Shown one piece after another: positions 12,440 to 23,941 of a stretch of DNA of 64,000 nt. Below the pieces are notes generated by a model. That model was not told where the DNA came from, did no database searches, and worked only from the letters and a program-made list of their open reading frames with translations. Numbering within the stretch: the first letter of the stretch is position 1; the number at the start of each line of letters is the position of its first letter. This DNA comes from Actinomycetota bacterium (lineage in GTDB: Bacteria > Actinomycetota > Actinomycetes > S36-B12): the NCBI GenBank assembly GCA_947449035.1, contig CANFQC010000007.1:475-64474 (forward strand), given 5' to 3'. Both the position numbers and the translations under genes were made by a program.

Positions 12440-13288
12440 TTAGTTGACGGCCAAGGTAAGTGCGACGACTCCCGCGACGATCACGGCAACGGCCACGACC
12501 TGCAGGCGTCCGAGCTTCTCCTTGAACAGGAAGAAAGCGGCAATTGCCGCGATCGGGGCAAAGAGCGAGGCAAGTACAGCGGTGATTGCCACGCTTGTGG
12601 CAGCGCCGAGTGAGTAGAACGTGAAGCCGATGACCTCGGTGAAGCCGGTAAGCACGACGAGGGGTGCGGCCTTCTTTGTCATTGTGAATCGACGCGTGAG
12701 CAGCAAAGGGATGAGCAGGGCGATAACTCCGAAGAGTCGCGCCGGCAGCAAGATCCAGGCGATAGGCATATCGGCACTGAGGTGACCTGGTGCGAAAAGA
12801 CCGACTCCGAAGGCGAGTGCGCCAAGGGTGGCAATGATTGCTGCCTTGAGCGGCTCCTCATGAGCCAAAGGCTCGGGGTCCGGGGCAACTGCGGCGAGCA
12901 CCACGCCCGCCACGATGGCGACCAGGATGAAGGTGGTCGTGACAGCGATGGCCTCACCGGTCATCGCCGAGATCACGGCGGCGATCGCGCCCTCAGTGCA
13001 CAGGATCGGCGCGACGACGCCAACCTTGCCGATCTTCAGTGCTGAGTAGGCGAGGATCAAGCCGACCAGGTTGCCCAATCCGCCCGCGATGAGCCACATG
13101 ATGCTCGTGCTGTTCAACTGCTCGGGGATGCCCGCGATGAACAGGAATGGCAAGGTGATGAGCAGGCCGACGAGCATGATTCCGGCGATGGTCGAGTACG
13201 GACCGATCGTGCGTGAGGTGCGTGAGGATGCCAGGGTGCCTGAGGCGAAGCAGCAGGCGGTCAGGACTCCGAAGACGATGCTCAGCAC
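12440..13288 (-). CDS. EamA/DMT-family transporter
   Basis: About 10 hydrophobic segments with a duplicated EamA-like architecture. No catalytic motifs. Confidence 0.8.
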   Translation of the reverse strand: MLSIVFGVLTACCFASGTLASSRTSRTIGPYSTIAGIMLVGLLITLPFLFIAGIPEQLNSTSIMWLIAGGLGNLVGLILAYSALKIGKVGVVAPILCTEGAIAAVISAMTGEAIAVTTTFILVAIVAGVVLAAVAPDPEPLAHEEPLKAAIIATLGALAFGVGLFAPGHLSADMPIAWILLPARLFGVIALLIPLLLTRRFTMTKKAAPLVVLTGFTEVIGFTFYSLGAATSVAITAVLASLFAPIAAIAAFFLFKEKLGRLQVVAVAVIVAGVVALTLAVN

Positions 13289-13323
13289 CCTCGGACACTA
13301 CTGGCTCGGAGTACATTCGAGGC

Positions 13324-14436
13324 ATGACATCGCACGGAGTCGCACCCCTTCCATCAGAGGTCTTCGTCCGTGCCCCCAAGGTTCTGCTTCACGATCACCT
13401 GGATGGGGGACTTCGGCCCCAGACCCTCCTGGACCTTGCCGCGGAGGTGGGCTACACCGATCTGCCTGCCGGTGACCCGGTGGCACTGGGCGCCTGGTTC
13501 GTCGAAGCAGCCTCTTCGGGATCGCTGGAGCGGTACCTGGAGACCTTTGCTCACACGGTGGCCTTGACCCAAACTGCTTCGGCCTTGCATCGCGTGGCAC
13601 GGGAGTGCGCACTCGATCTGGCAGCCGATGGGGTGGTCTATGTCGAGGTCAGGTTCGCCCCCGAACTGCACCTGACCCGGGGTTTGACCATGCGCGAAGT
13701 CATCGATGCCGTGCTTGCCGGCTTCACCGAGGGAACGATGGAAGCGAAGGCGGCCGGTCACTGGATTCGCATCGGCACACTTCTGACCGCCATGCGCACG
13801 TCATCAAATGCGCGCGAGGTGGCCGAGTTCGTCGTCGAGTACCGCGATCGTGGAGTCGTCGGCTTCGATATCGCCGGAGCCGAGGCGGGCTATCCACCCA
13901 CGCGTCACCTTGACGCGTTCCATTACCTTCAGCGCGAGAACTCCCACTTCACCATTCATGCCGGTGAGGCATTTGGGCTTCCTTCGATCTGGGAGGCGAT
14001 CCAGTGGTGCGGCGCGGACCGCCTCGGCCATGGGGTGCGCATTGTCGACGACATCGAGGTAAACCCTGACGGCACGGCAACGCTCGGGCGTCTGGCTGCC
14101 TACGTGCGCGACCGTCGAATCCCACTGGAGATGTGCCCGAGCTCGAATGTGCAGACCGGTGCCGCAGCCAGCATTGCCGAGCATCCGATCGGCCTGCTTC
14201 GAGGTCTTGGCTTCCGAGTCACCGTTAACACCGACAACCGCTTGATGTCAGGCACGTCGATGTCGCGTGAATTCGCCCTCCTGAGCGAGGCCTTTGACTA
14301 CACGCTCGATGACATGCAGTGGTTCACCGTCAATGCCATGAAGAGCGCATTCATTCCCTTCGATGAGCGCCTGGAAATAATCAACGATCGCATCAAGCCC
14401 GGCTATGCCGCACTTCGCGCGGAGCTCGCCGACTAG
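13324..14436 (+). CDS. add: Adenosine deaminase
   Basis: [19 protein letters not shown] and NTDN motifs. Start re-picked at Met 13324, because the ORF-track start overlaps the divergent transporter. Confidence 0.9.
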   Translation: MTSHGVAPLPSEVFVRAPKVLLHDHLDGGLRPQTLLDLAAEVGYTDLPAGDPVALGAWFVEAASSGSLERYLETFAHTVALTQTASALHRVARECALDLAADGVVYVEVRFAPELHLTRGLTMREVIDAVLAGFTEGTMEAKAAGHWIRIGTLLTAMRTSSNAREVAEFVVEYRDRGVVGFDIAGAEAGYPPTRHLDAFHYLQRENSHFTIHAGEAFGLPSIWEAIQWCGADRLGHGVRIVDDIEVNPDGTATLGRLAAYVRDRRIPLEMCPSSNVQTGAAASIAEHPIGLLRGLGFRVTVNTDNRLMSGTSMSREFALLSEAFDYTLDDMQWFTVNAMKSAFIPFDERLEIINDRIKPGYAALRAELAD

Positions 14437-15221
14437 AGAGCGCTGACAATCTCATTCAGCATGCGGCCGAGCCGGCCGGCTGAGGCCTGACCTGCGGCAA
14501 GCACCTCTGCGTGATCGAGTGCCTCGCCGGTGATACCTGCTGCCAAGTTGGTCACGAGCGAGATGCCGAGTACTTCTAGGCCCAACGCCCGAGCGGCAAT
14601 GGTCTCCACCGCCGTGCTCATGCCGACAAGATCGGCACCAAGTGTGCGAAGCATGCGAATCTCCGCAGGTGTCTCGTACATCGGCCCGCGAAGTTGCGCA
14701 TAGACACCCTCGGGAGTCGCTGGGAAGAGCTCGCTAGCGATCGCGCGCAGTCGGGGCGAGTAAGCGTCGGTCATGCTCACGAACTGAGGTCCGATGAGCG
14801 GCGATTCGCCGGTGAGATTTAGATGATCACCGATGAGCACTGCGGTGCCCGGGGTCCACTCCTGACGAAGTGAGCCGGCCGCGTTAGTGAGCACGAGTGA
14901 ACTGGCTCCACACGCGGCTGCCGTACGCACCGCATGCGTAACGGCATCGGTGCCGCGGCCCTCGTAGAGGTGAGTGCGGCCGAGGAAGATGAGCACTCGA
15001 CGGCCATTGATCGAGATGCTGCGCACCATGCCCGAGTGGCCGGTGACAGCGGGCGCGGCGAAGTGCGGAACTGATGCGATTGCCGCCTCGAAGATGGGGG
15101 AGCCGAGTTCGTCGGCTGCCGCTGCCCACCCTGAGCCGAGTACCACGGCAATGTCGTGCGTAGATATACCGCTGCGGGCCGCGATATCGGCTGCGGCCTC
15201 GGCTGCACGCGCGGTTGGCAT
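14433..15221 (-). CDS. punA: Purine nucleoside phosphorylase (trimeric PunA type)
   Basis: [29 protein letters not shown] and VGMS motifs. Confidence 0.9.
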   Translation of the reverse strand: MPTARAAEAAADIAARSGISTHDIAVVLGSGWAAAADELGSPIFEAAIASVPHFAAPAVTGHSGMVRSISINGRRVLIFLGRTHLYEGRGTDAVTHAVRTAAACGASSLVLTNAAGSLRQEWTPGTAVLIGDHLNLTGESPLIGPQFVSMTDAYSPRLRAIASELFPATPEGVYAQLRGPMYETPAEIRMLRTLGADLVGMSTAVETIAARALGLEVLGISLVTNLAAGITGEALDHAEVLAAGQASAGRLGRMLNEIVSAL

Positions 15222-16633
15222 CAGCCCTCCGCGGTCACATGCAGCTGTCGGGCTGCCTCGGCGATGGAGCCGGACAGGCTCGGATACACAGTGAAAGTCG
15301 TGGCGAGCTCATCAGCAGTAAGGCGTTGCTCAACAGCAAGCGTGAGCACGTGGATCAGTTCACTCGCGTGCGCGCTGACGATGACAGCGCCGGCGATGAT
15401 GCGAGAGCCACGTCGGCAGAAGATCTTCACGAAGCCGTCATGCTGCTCTTCCATCTTGGAACGGGCATTCGTGGCAAGCGGGAGCATGATGACGTCACCG
15501 CGGAATGCGCCGGAGTCGAGGTCCTTCTGGGTGAGCCCGACGGTGGCAATCTCCGGACGGGTGAAGATCGTGCTCGACACATGCTGGAGTTCCAGCGGAG
15601 TCACGGCATCACCGAGAGCATGCGACATCGCGATGCGGCCTTGCATGGCTGCAACTGAGGCGAGCATCATCACGCCCGTGCAGTCGCCTGCCGCATAAAT
15701 AGTGCGCACCGTAGTGCGGGAGACGCGATCAGTAACGATGAAGCCGCAGTCATCGACCGCGACGCCGGCATCCTCGAGGCCTAAGTCGTCAGTGTTGGGC
15801 AGTGAGCCAACGGCCATCAATACGTGTGAGCCCGCCACGATGCGACCGTCCTCGAGCTCAACCTCGACGCCGGTCTCGGTGCGGCGGGCAGCGATGGCGC
15901 GGCTGTGGCTCATCACTTCGACGCCGGAGCGGCGGTAGACATCTTCCAAAACGCGGGCGGCATCGGGATCCTCGCCAGGTAGCACGCGATCGCGGCTGGA
16001 GACGAGTACGACTGAACTTCCGAGACCGTGATACGCGCCGGCGAACTCAGCGCCGGTGACGCCGGAGCCGACGACAATCAGTCGTTCGGGTAGCTCGGTG
16101 AGGTCGTAGACCTGCTCCCAGGTCAGAATGCGTTCGCCGTCAGGGATCGCGGTGTCGAGGATGCGCGGTCTGGTGCCTGTGGCAATGAGGATGACATCGG
16201 CGTGGAGTTGGCTCATTGTGCCGTCAGGTTCGAGCGCCATCACGCTGGTCTCGCCCGTGAGTCGGCCACGACCTCGGATAACGCTGACGCCGGCCTGTGC
16301 CATTTTGTCGGCGATATCCGAACTCTGGGCAGCGGCGAGGCCGAGAATCCGCTCGTTCACGACGGCGAGGTCGACGCCGATCTGGCGGGGGGTCGGAGGC
16401 TGACCGTTGATCCGTACACCCAGGGCGGCACTGTGTTCGGTGTTGAGGATGACTCCGGCCGTGGCGATCAGTGCCTTGCTGGGCACGCAATCGGTCAGGA
16501 CTGCCGAGCCGCCGAGACCATCGCGGTCGATGATCGTGACCTCGGCTCCCAGCTGCCGGGCAACCAAGGCCGCCTCATAACCGCCCGGCCCTCCGCCAAT
16601 GATGACCACATGTGCTGACTCAGGCTGGCTCAC
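15221..16633 (-). CDS. Flavoprotein disulfide-reductase-family NAD(P)H dehydrogenase (LpdA / Rv3303c-like)
   Basis: VIIGGGPGGYEAA FAD fold, a second GSGVTGAEFA NAD fold and a dimerisation domain. Its stop overlaps the punA start by 1 nt. Confidence 0.85.
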   Translation of the reverse strand: MSQPESAHVVIIGGGPGGYEAALVARQLGAEVTIIDRDGLGGSAVLTDCVPSKALIATAGVILNTEHSAALGVRINGQPPTPRQIGVDLAVVNERILGLAAAQSSDIADKMAQAGVSVIRGRGRLTGETSVMALEPDGTMSQLHADVILIATGTRPRILDTAIPDGERILTWEQVYDLTELPERLIVVGSGVTGAEFAGAYHGLGSSVVLVSSRDRVLPGEDPDAARVLEDVYRRSGVEVMSHSRAIAARRTETGVEVELEDGRIVAGSHVLMAVGSLPNTDDLGLEDAGVAVDDCGFIVTDRVSRTTVRTIYAAGDCTGVMMLASVAAMQGRIAMSHALGDAVTPLELQHVSSTIFTRPEIATVGLTQKDLDSGAFRGDVIMLPLATNARSKMEEQHDGFVKIFCRRGSRIIAGAVIVSAHASELIHVLTLAVEQRLTADELATTFTVYPSLSGSIAEAARQLHVTAEG

Positions 16634-16694
16634 GTTCCCATTGTTCCGTATCCGAGGTCAGGTCCAGGCGGCGGAGCCGTGTTAGCGTGGAGGC

Positions 16695-17249
16695 ATGTGG
16701 ATCTGGATCATTCTCGCGATTGTCGTCGTCCTGCTCGTGATCTTCGTGATCGCGACCTACAACAAGCTCGTGCGCGCCAATGTGGCGGTCGACGAGGCTT
16801 TTGCCCAGATCGAGGTGCAGCTCAAGCGCCGAAGCGATCTCATCCCGAACCTGGTCAACACGGTCAAGGGCTACGCCGCCCATGAGTCCGGCACCTTCGA
16901 GAAGGTCACCGAGGCCCGCGCCGTGGGCGAGCACGCCAATGGCGTCGCTGAGGTGGCTGCCGCTGACGGAATGCTGACCCAGGCCCTGCGCGGCCTCCTG
17001 GCTGTCGCCGAGGCTTACCCCGACCTGAAGGCCTCGGCCAACTTCCTGTCACTTCAGGAAGAGCTGTCGGCCACCGAGAACAAGATCGCCTTCGCGCGGC
17101 AGTACTACAACGATGCGGTGCGCACGATCAACACTCTCATCGTCAGCATCCCCACGAACCTGTTCGCCGGAATGGCCAAGGTCACCAAGCGCGAGTTCTA
17201 CGAGGTGCCGAACGAGGCTGATCGCAACGCCCCGACCGTCACCTTCTAG
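16695..17249 (+). CDS. LemA family protein
   Basis: An N-terminal TM segment followed by YNKLV...QIEVQLKRRSDLIPNLV...YPDLKA...FARQYYND. Confidence 0.88.
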   Translation: MWIWIILAIVVVLLVIFVIATYNKLVRANVAVDEAFAQIEVQLKRRSDLIPNLVNTVKGYAAHESGTFEKVTEARAVGEHANGVAEVAAADGMLTQALRGLLAVAEAYPDLKASANFLSLQEELSATENKIAFARQYYNDAVRTINTLIVSIPTNLFAGMAKVTKREFYEVPNEADRNAPTVTF

Positions 17250-17254
17250 TCGAC

Positions 17255-18154
17255 ATGGCGGTCTCCTTCAAGGCCGAGCAGTCGTCGAATAGGCGCAAGA
17301 CCTGGTTCCTGCTTGGTGCGATGTTCGTCGCTGTGGTTGCCCTCGTCTGGGCTGCCGGCACGCTTCTCAACTTCAACGCCTATCTGCTCGTCCCGATCGC
17401 GGTAGGCATCTCGCTCATCGGTGTCTGGACCAGTTACTGGAAGTCAGACTCGTTGGTCCTCGCCATGACCCAGGCCAAGGTCATCTCGCATGAGGACGCC
17501 CCGCAGCTCTACAACCTGGTCGAGGAAGTCTGCATTGCCGCAGGCCTGCCGATGCCCAAGGTCGCGATCGTTCAAGACCCGGCACCTAATGCCTTTGCTA
17601 CGGGCCGTGATCCCGAGCACGCCGTCATCGCCTTCACGACCGGCATCCTCGAGAAGATGGATCGTGAGCAATTGCAGGGCGTTGCTGCGCACGAAATGGC
17701 GCATGTGGGCAATCGCGACACCCTCGTCATGGCCGTGGCTGCAACAACCGCCGGCCTGCTGGCCATCCTCGCTGACATGGGCGCTCGCATGGCGTTCTTC
17801 TCACGCCGCGGAAATGACAGCAATCCGATTGCTGTTGTCGTATCCCTGGTGATCATCATCCTGGCACCGATCGCGGCTCTACTTTTGCGCGCGGCGATCT
17901 CACGAAAGCGCGAGGCACTCGCTGACGCCACCGCAGTGCAGTTCACCCGCAACCCCACCGGCCTGCGCCGTGCACTCGAGACACTTGCCGCCGACAACAC
18001 CGTGGTGCATCAAAAGTCCACCGCGGTCGCGCACGTATGGATCGAGTCACCGCTCGACGGAAAGTCGAAGTCGATGTTCGACACTCACCCGCCACTCGCT
18101 GATCGCATCGCCCTGCTTCGGCAGATGGAAGGCGCACCGCCTGCGGCGGAGTGA
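17255..18154 (+). CDS. htpX: Zinc metalloprotease HtpX homolog (peptidase M48)
   Basis: HEMAHV zinc motif, four TM segments and a THPPLADRI C-terminal motif. Confidence 0.88.
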   Translation: MAVSFKAEQSSNRRKTWFLLGAMFVAVVALVWAAGTLLNFNAYLLVPIAVGISLIGVWTSYWKSDSLVLAMTQAKVISHEDAPQLYNLVEEVCIAAGLPMPKVAIVQDPAPNAFATGRDPEHAVIAFTTGILEKMDREQLQGVAAHEMAHVGNRDTLVMAVAATTAGLLAILADMGARMAFFSRRGNDSNPIAVVVSLVIIILAPIAALLLRAAISRKREALADATAVQFTRNPTGLRRALETLAADNTVVHQKSTAVAHVWIESPLDGKSKSMFDTHPPLADRIALLRQMEGAPPAAE

Positions 18155-18164
18155 ACGAGACAGC

Positions 18165-18200
18165 AGAAGGGCCGGTACCCAGGTGGGTGCCGGCCCTTCT
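18165..18200. terminator. Strong hairpin between convergent htpX and accA (bidirectional terminator candidate)
   Basis: agaagggccggtaccc / gggtgccggcccttct forms a stem of about 16 bp with a 4-nt loop. Confidence 0.65.
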
Positions 18201-18247
18201 GACGTAGAGAGTTCTTAGTCCTTGATCTCGCTAGCTCACGGTCGAGA

Positions 18248-20008
18248 TCAATCCTTGATCTCGCAGAGGACAGTGCCGGTCGGCACTGTCGTACCGGCCT
18301 CGGCATTCAGGCCGGTGATGGTGCCTGCCTTGTGCGCCGTCAGCGGCTGCTCCATCTTCATAGCCTCGAGTACGACGATGAGATCACCAGCGGCCACGAC
18401 CTGGCCTTCTTCGACCTCGACCTTGACGATGGTGCCCTGCATGGGTGCCGTCAGCGAGTCGCCGGTGGCTCCGCCGCCAGCCTTCTTGCCGCCACGCTTC
18501 TTCGGGCCGGCAGCCTTGCTGCTTCCGCCACCTGAGCTGGCGCCCAGGCCTGCGGGGAGGGTGACTTCGATCCGCTTACCGCCGACCTCGACCACGACCG
18601 ACTCGCGAGCAGCGGGCTCATCGATGTCCGAGCCTGCGCCGGAGTGGGCCGGGATCGTGTTGTTGAACTCGGTCTCGATCCAGCGGGTATGAACGGTGAA
18701 CGCATCATCGGGATTCGCAGGGGCGAACGCCGGGTCACGCACAACCTCGCGGTGGAAGGTCAGCGCGGTGGCAATGCCATCAACCTGGAACTCGTCGAGG
18801 GCGCGACGTGAGCGCTCGAGGGCTTCCTGGCGATCGCGGCCGGTGACGATGAGCTTGGCGAGCAGCGAGTCGAAGTTGCCGCCGATGACATCGCCCGCCT
18901 GGAAGCCGGTGTCGACGCGCACGCCCGGACCACTCGGCGGATTCCAGACAGTGAGGGCGCCGGGGGCGGGCAGGAAGCCACGGCCGGGATCCTCGCCATT
19001 GATACGGAACTCGATCGAGTGACCGCGAAGAACCGGATCGGCGTAATCGATAACGCCGCCCTCGGCGATGCGGAACTGCTCACGTACGAGGTCGATGCCG
19101 GCGACCTCTTCGGTGACTGGGTGCTCGACCTGCAGGCGAGTGTTGACCTCGAGGAAGGAGATCGTGCCGTCAACGCCGATCAAGAACTCGCACGTGCCGG
19201 CGTTGTAGTAGCCCGCCTCCTTGAGGATGGCCTTCGACGAGGAGTAGAGCTCGTCGAGCTGAGCCTGGGTGAGGAAAGGCGCGGGAGCTTCCTCGACCAG
19301 CTTCTGGTGGCGACGCTGCAGTGAGCAGTCGCGAGTCGACACGACCACGACGTTGCCGTGCTGGTCGGCAAGGCACTGAGTCTCAACGTGGCGCGGGTTG
19401 TCGAGGTAGCGCTCGACGAAGCACTCACCACGACCGAAGGCAGCGATCGCCTCGCGCACTGCGGAGTCGAACAGCTCGGGAATTTCCTCAATCGTGCGGG
19501 CAACCTTCAGGCCGCGTCCGCCGCCGCCGAAGGCAGCCTTGATCGCAACCGGGAGACCGTGCTTCTTGGCGAACTCGACGACCTCGCCTGAGTCCTTGAC
19601 GGGGTCAGGTGTGCCGGGAACCTGCGGAGCACCGGCACGCTGAGCGATGTGACGAGCGGAGACCTTGTCGCCGAGCGAACGAATTGCATCGGGCGACGGA
19701 CCGATCCAGGTAATTCCGGCATCGATCACGGCCTGCGCGAAGTCAGCGTTCTCGGAGAGGAAGCCGTAGCCGGGGTGAATCGCATCGGCGCCAGCCTGCT
19801 TTGCGGCGTCGATGATCTTGTCGATGACGAGGTAGCTCTCTGCCGCGGTGTTACCGCCGAGGGCGATGGCCTGATCGGCAAGGCGCACGTGCAGGGCATC
19901 GCGATCGGGCTCGGCATAGACAGCGACGGACTGGAGCCCGGCGTCACGGCAGGCGCGAATGACGCGAATGGCGATTTCACCACGGTTGGCGATGAGAACG
20001 GTGCGCAC
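18248..20008 (-). CDS. accA: Acetyl/propionyl-CoA carboxylase alpha subunit (biotin carboxylase plus BCCP)
   Basis: Biotin carboxylase N-terminus ([16 protein letters not shown]), ATP-grasp region and a C-terminal biotinyl motif EAMKME. Confidence 0.93.
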   Translation of the reverse strand: MRTVLIANRGEIAIRVIRACRDAGLQSVAVYAEPDRDALHVRLADQAIALGGNTAAESYLVIDKIIDAAKQAGADAIHPGYGFLSENADFAQAVIDAGITWIGPSPDAIRSLGDKVSARHIAQRAGAPQVPGTPDPVKDSGEVVEFAKKHGLPVAIKAAFGGGGRGLKVARTIEEIPELFDSAVREAIAAFGRGECFVERYLDNPRHVETQCLADQHGNVVVVSTRDCSLQRRHQKLVEEAPAPFLTQAQLDELYSSSKAILKEAGYYNAGTCEFLIGVDGTISFLEVNTRLQVEHPVTEEVAGIDLVREQFRIAEGGVIDYADPVLRGHSIEFRINGEDPGRGFLPAPGALTVWNPPSGPGVRVDTGFQAGDVIGGNFDSLLAKLIVTGRDRQEALERSRRALDEFQVDGIATALTFHREVVRDPAFAPANPDDAFTVHTRWIETEFNNTIPAHSGAGSDIDEPAARESVVVEVGGKRIEVTLPAGLGASSGGGSSKAAGPKKRGGKKAGGGATGDSLTAPMQGTIVKVEVEEGQVVAAGDLIVVLEAMKMEQPLTAHKAGTITGLNAEAGTTVPTGTVLCEIKD

Positions 20009-20117
20009 GGGGCTCCTTCTTTCGGGACCGGATTCTCATCCGGCACTGCAGTTTATTGAGTAATTCCAGGGTCAGGGGGTCAGATAGTGGGCTGGGGCCG
20101 AGTACCTGCTGTGAAGA

Positions 20118-20717
20118 TCACCACAGGCTCGGCCAGGCCACGTCGAGTCGGCTGAGAAGTGAGCGCAGCAGGGGTAGCGAGAGGCCGATGACGTTGGAAG
20201 GATCGCCGTCGATTCGCTCGACAAACGGCGCACCCAACCCGTCGAGAGTGAAGCCGCCGGCCACCTGAAGGGGCTCGCCGGTGGCGATGTACGCGTCGAT
20301 TTCGGCATCAGACATCACTCCGTGCACCACCGTGGTGCTGGCGACCTCGCCGAGCTCGTCACTGCCACGAATCACCCAGTGCCCGGTGCGCAGGATTCCC
20401 GCGCGGCCGGACATCTGCTGCCACCTGCTCTTCGCGATCGCAGCATCCTCGGGCTTGCCGAAGGCCACCCCGTCGACATCGAGAACGGAGTCGCAGCCGA
20501 TCACGATGATGTCGGGATCGCTCGCAAATTCGGCGGCAACGGCACGGGCCTTCGCGCGCGCGAGTTCGAGGCAGAGTGCGGCGGGGGCGGCATCAGGTAT
20601 CTCTGATTCGAGCGCTCTTTCGTCGACGTCGCTGACCCTGATGATCGGCGTGATGCCGGCATCAGTCAGCAGCCGCTTGCGCGCGGGCGAAGCAGAGGCG
20701 AGGACGAGAGTGGGCAT
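20118..20717 (-). CDS. maf: Maf-like nucleoside triphosphate pyrophosphatase
   Basis: LVLASASPARKRLL N-terminus. Start re-picked at Met 20717, immediately after the accE stop. Confidence 0.85.
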   Translation of the reverse strand: MPTLVLASASPARKRLLTDAGITPIIRVSDVDERALESEIPDAAPAALCLELARAKARAVAAEFASDPDIIVIGCDSVLDVDGVAFGKPEDAAIAKSRWQQMSGRAGILRTGHWVIRGSDELGEVASTTVVHGVMSDAEIDAYIATGEPLQVAGGFTLDGLGAPFVERIDGDPSNVIGLSLPLLRSLLSRLDVAWPSLW

Positions 20718-20719
20718 GC

Positions 20720-20941
20720 CTAGCGCGGCATGCTCGAGGCGCGCCACGAGCCGAAGCCCGCACCGAGTGACGGCCGGGTCTGACGGCCCTTGCTGGCCCA
20801 CAGACTCAGGCGCTTGGGCTCACTCGGCTTACCTGCACTGGCACGGGCTGACACGAGAGCGACGATGATCGCGAGTTCTTCCGGCGTGGGATCGCCGGAG
20901 ACAACTCGGAGAAGTGGTTGCGAGTTCTCGTTATCGGCCAT
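20720..20941 (-). CDS. accE: Acyl-CoA carboxylase epsilon subunit
   Basis: The 73-aa product contains LLRVVSGDPTPEELAIIVALV, typical of AccE, and sits between the beta subunit and maf. Confidence 0.72.
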   Translation of the reverse strand: MADNENSQPLLRVVSGDPTPEELAIIVALVSARASAGKPSEPKRLSLWASKGRQTRPSLGAGFGSWRASSMPR

Positions 20942-20954
20942 GTGAGTCTCCCGC

Positions 20955-22550
20955 TTACAGCGGGATATTCCCGTGCTTCTTCGGCGGACGCGACTCGCGC
21001 TTATTGCGCAGGGCGCGCAGAGCGCGGGTGACCATGGCGCGAGTCTCATGGGGCAAGATCACGCGATCGATGTAGCCACGCTCCGCCGCCATGTATGGAT
21101 TCGCCAGGGTGTCCTGGTACTCATCGAGAAGACGTGCACGCTCGGCCGTTGCATCGTCAGCTGCCGCAAGCTCCTTGCGGTACAAGATGTTGACTGCACC
21201 CTGGCCACCCATGACCGCGATCTCCGCGGTGGGCCAGGCAAGGTTGATGTCGGCGCCGAGGTGCTTGGAGCCCATGACGTCGTATGCGCCGCCGTAAGCC
21301 TTGCGCGTGATGACGGTGACGAGCGGCACCGTGGCCTCGGCGTACGCATAGATCAGCTTTGCGCCGCGGCGGATGATGCCGTTCCACTCCTGGTCGGTGC
21401 CGGGCAGGAAGCCCGGAACATCGACGAGGGTGAGCACTGGGATGTTGAACGCATCGCAGGTGCGCACGAATCGTGCGGCCTTCTCGGAGGCGTCAATGTC
21501 GAGGGTGCCGGCGAACTGCATCGGCTGGTTGGCGACGATGCCGACCGAGCGGCCCTCGATGCGACCGAATCCGCAGATGATGTTCGGTGCGAACAGCGGC
21601 TGGGTCTCGAGGAACTCGTCGTCGTCCATCAGGTGCTCGATGATGCGATGCATGTCGTACGGCTGATTCGGGGAGTCCGGAATCAAGGTGTCGAGCTCGA
21701 GATCCTCGTCATTGATGTCGAGATCTGACTCGATGTCAAAGACGGGCGGCTCCTCGAGGTTGTTGCTCGGGAGGTAGGAAAGTAGGGCGCGAAGGTACTC
21801 GAACGCGTCTTCCTCGTCGGTCGCCATGTAGTGAGCGACGCCGTTCTTGGAGTTGTGCGTGCGTGCGCCGCCGAGCTCCTCGAATTCGACGTCTTCACCG
21901 GTAACGCTCTTGATGACCTCGGGGCCGGTGATGAACATGTGCGAGGTCTTGTCGACCATCACGATGAAGTCGGTGATGGCGGGGGAGTAGACCGCGCCGC
22001 CCGCGCATGGGCCGAGGATCAGCGAGATCTGCGGAATGACGCCGGAGGCCTGCACATTGCGGCGGAAGATCTCGCCGTACTGAGCGAGGGAGACCACGCC
22101 TTCTTGGATACGTGCGCCGCCCGAGTCGTTCAGGCCGATGACGGGGCAGCCGGTCTTCATGGCGAAGTCCATGACCTTGACGATCTTCTCGCCGAACACT
22201 TCGCCGAGTGAACCGCCGAAGACGGTGAAGTCCTGGGCGAACACGGCGACGGGGCGGCCATCGATGGTGCCGTAGCCGGTGATGACGCCGTCGCCGAAGG
22301 GACGGTTCTTCTCCAGGCCGAAGTTGTGCGAACGGTGACGGGCCAGGCCGTCGAGTTGCTGGAAGGACTCGGGGTCGAGGAGGGCATCGATGCGCTCCAT
22401 CGCGGTGAGCTTGCCCTTGGAATGCTGCTTGTCGACAGAGTCGGCGCGGCGGTTTTGGGCCTCGGCGCGGCGGGCCTTCAGGACCTCCGCCTTGCCCTTG
22501 GTCGAGCGCTTGTCGATAGCCGGGGTGTTCTCGTGTGCTGCCGCAGTCAT
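20955..22550 (-). CDS. Acyl-CoA carboxylase beta subunit (carboxyltransferase, PccB/AccD5-like)
   Basis: Full-length carboxyltransferase: [40 protein letters not shown]. Confidence 0.93.
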   Translation of the reverse strand: MTAAAHENTPAIDKRSTKGKAEVLKARRAEAQNRRADSVDKQHSKGKLTAMERIDALLDPESFQQLDGLARHRSHNFGLEKNRPFGDGVITGYGTIDGRPVAVFAQDFTVFGGSLGEVFGEKIVKVMDFAMKTGCPVIGLNDSGGARIQEGVVSLAQYGEIFRRNVQASGVIPQISLILGPCAGGAVYSPAITDFIVMVDKTSHMFITGPEVIKSVTGEDVEFEELGGARTHNSKNGVAHYMATDEEDAFEYLRALLSYLPSNNLEEPPVFDIESDLDINDEDLELDTLIPDSPNQPYDMHRIIEHLMDDDEFLETQPLFAPNIICGFGRIEGRSVGIVANQPMQFAGTLDIDASEKAARFVRTCDAFNIPVLTLVDVPGFLPGTDQEWNGIIRRGAKLIYAYAEATVPLVTVITRKAYGGAYDVMGSKHLGADINLAWPTAEIAVMGGQGAVNILYRKELAAADDATAERARLLDEYQDTLANPYMAAERGYIDRVILPHETRAMVTRALRALRNKRESRPPKKHGNIPL

Positions 22551-22582
22551 AGGGGCCTCCTCGCCTGGGCTACCTTAGCCAG

Positions 22583-23374
22583 GTGATGACCCCGAGTTCT
22601 CGGTTACCGCTTTCCGCGGATCGAATTGAGTTACTCATCACAATTTCAAGTAACTCATGGCCTGCGCCGGAGCTCCTGGATGAGGTGGATTCCACCAATC
22701 GACTCCTGGCGGAGCGGTCAGAATCCCCTGAAGGCACCACGATCGTGGCCGAGATCCAGACCGCGGGCCGTGGCCGGCTCGGTCGCACCTGGGAAAGTCC
22801 CTGGGGCTCAGGTGTGTGGATGTCCGTGCTTGTGCGCCCGGTTGACCAGCCGCGGGCCTCCTGGGCCTGGTTGCCCCTGATCACCGCCCTGGCCGTCCGC
22901 GATGCCCTGGCCGCTGCCTGCTCCCTGGACTGCGGCCTGAAATGGCCAAATGACCTGGTCAGCGGGGGTGATGAGGTTCGCAAGCTCGGGGGAATCCTGG
23001 TGGAGGTCGTCGGGCCAGATGCCGTGGTTCTCGGTATCGGTGTGAATATGAGCCTCCAGCAAGACGAACTTCCGACCCCGGCCGCCTCCTCGGTACTGCT
23101 GGAGGGCGGCACACCCGACCGTGAGGCCTTCGTCGTGGCCCTGCAAGGGGCACTCGAAAGCCGGCTGGCCACGTGGCGCTCCGGAGAGCCGCCCTTGGAT
23201 GACTACCGCTCTGCGTGCGTGACGATCGGCCGCCAGGTGAGCGTGCGCCTCCCCGACGGTTCCGACCTCGTCGGTCTTGCCGAAGGGGTAGCCGACGACG
23301 GACGCCTCATCGTCAGCCAGGACACAAACACGGTTATCGTCGCCGCGGGCGACGTCATTCATGCAACGATCTGA
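22583..23374 (+). CDS. birA: Biotin--[acetyl-CoA-carboxylase] ligase
   Basis: QTAGRGRLGRTWESPWG (the GRGRxGRxW motif) and KWPNDL. Divergent from the carboxylase genes. Confidence 0.86.
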   Translation: MMTPSSRLPLSADRIELLITISSNSWPAPELLDEVDSTNRLLAERSESPEGTTIVAEIQTAGRGRLGRTWESPWGSGVWMSVLVRPVDQPRASWAWLPLITALAVRDALAAACSLDCGLKWPNDLVSGGDEVRKLGGILVEVVGPDAVVLGIGVNMSLQQDELPTPAASSVLLEGGTPDREAFVVALQGALESRLATWRSGEPPLDDYRSACVTIGRQVSVRLPDGSDLVGLAEGVADDGRLIVSQDTNTVIVAAGDVIHATI

Positions 23375-23376
23375 CC

Positions 23377-23913
23377 ATGGCCTACCCCGCGAAGCTCCTG
23401 TCACCTGACGAGACCATCAAGTTCGAGACCAAGCCGCACTGGCGTGCACTCATCGCCCCCGCGGTCGTGCTCATCTTCACGGTCTTCGGATTCGCTCTAC
23501 TCTTCACCTGGGCGGTGAGCCAGAGCGACTGGCTGAGCTGGCTGCGCTGGGTGATCCTCGCCGCTGCCGTCGTGATCTTGATTCTGTGGGCTATCGGGCC
23601 TTTCCTGCGCTGGCTCACCACCGATTACGTCTTCACCGATCGTCGGGTGATCACTCGCATGGGCATCATTTCCAAGCGCGGACGCGACGTACCGCTGTCC
23701 AAGATCAACAACGTGTCGTTCGTGGTCCCCGCACTCGGCCGCATCCTCAACTACGGCGAACTGCAGATCCAGTCAGCGGGCGAGAACGAGGGCCTGTCGA
23801 TCCGCGATGTGCCGAATGTCGAGGAGATCCAGCGCGACGTTTACCAGTTCATCGAGGCTGATGATGCTCGTCGTCGCACCGGTGGCCCCGCCCCGGCAAC
23901 CGACGGCGCCTGA
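23377..23913 (+). CDS. Membrane-anchored bacterial PH-domain (bPH_2/YdbS-like) protein
   Basis: Two TM segments followed by YVFTDRRVITRMGIISKRGRDVPLSKI. Start re-picked at ATG 23377. Confidence 0.75.
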   Translation: MAYPAKLLSPDETIKFETKPHWRALIAPAVVLIFTVFGFALLFTWAVSQSDWLSWLRWVILAAAVVILILWAIGPFLRWLTTDYVFTDRRVITRMGIISKRGRDVPLSKINNVSFVVPALGRILNYGELQIQSAGENEGLSIRDVPNVEEIQRDVYQFIEADDARRRTGGPAPATDGA

Positions 23914-23941
23914 CACATCCCGCTCCCGCTAGCCTTGGCAG

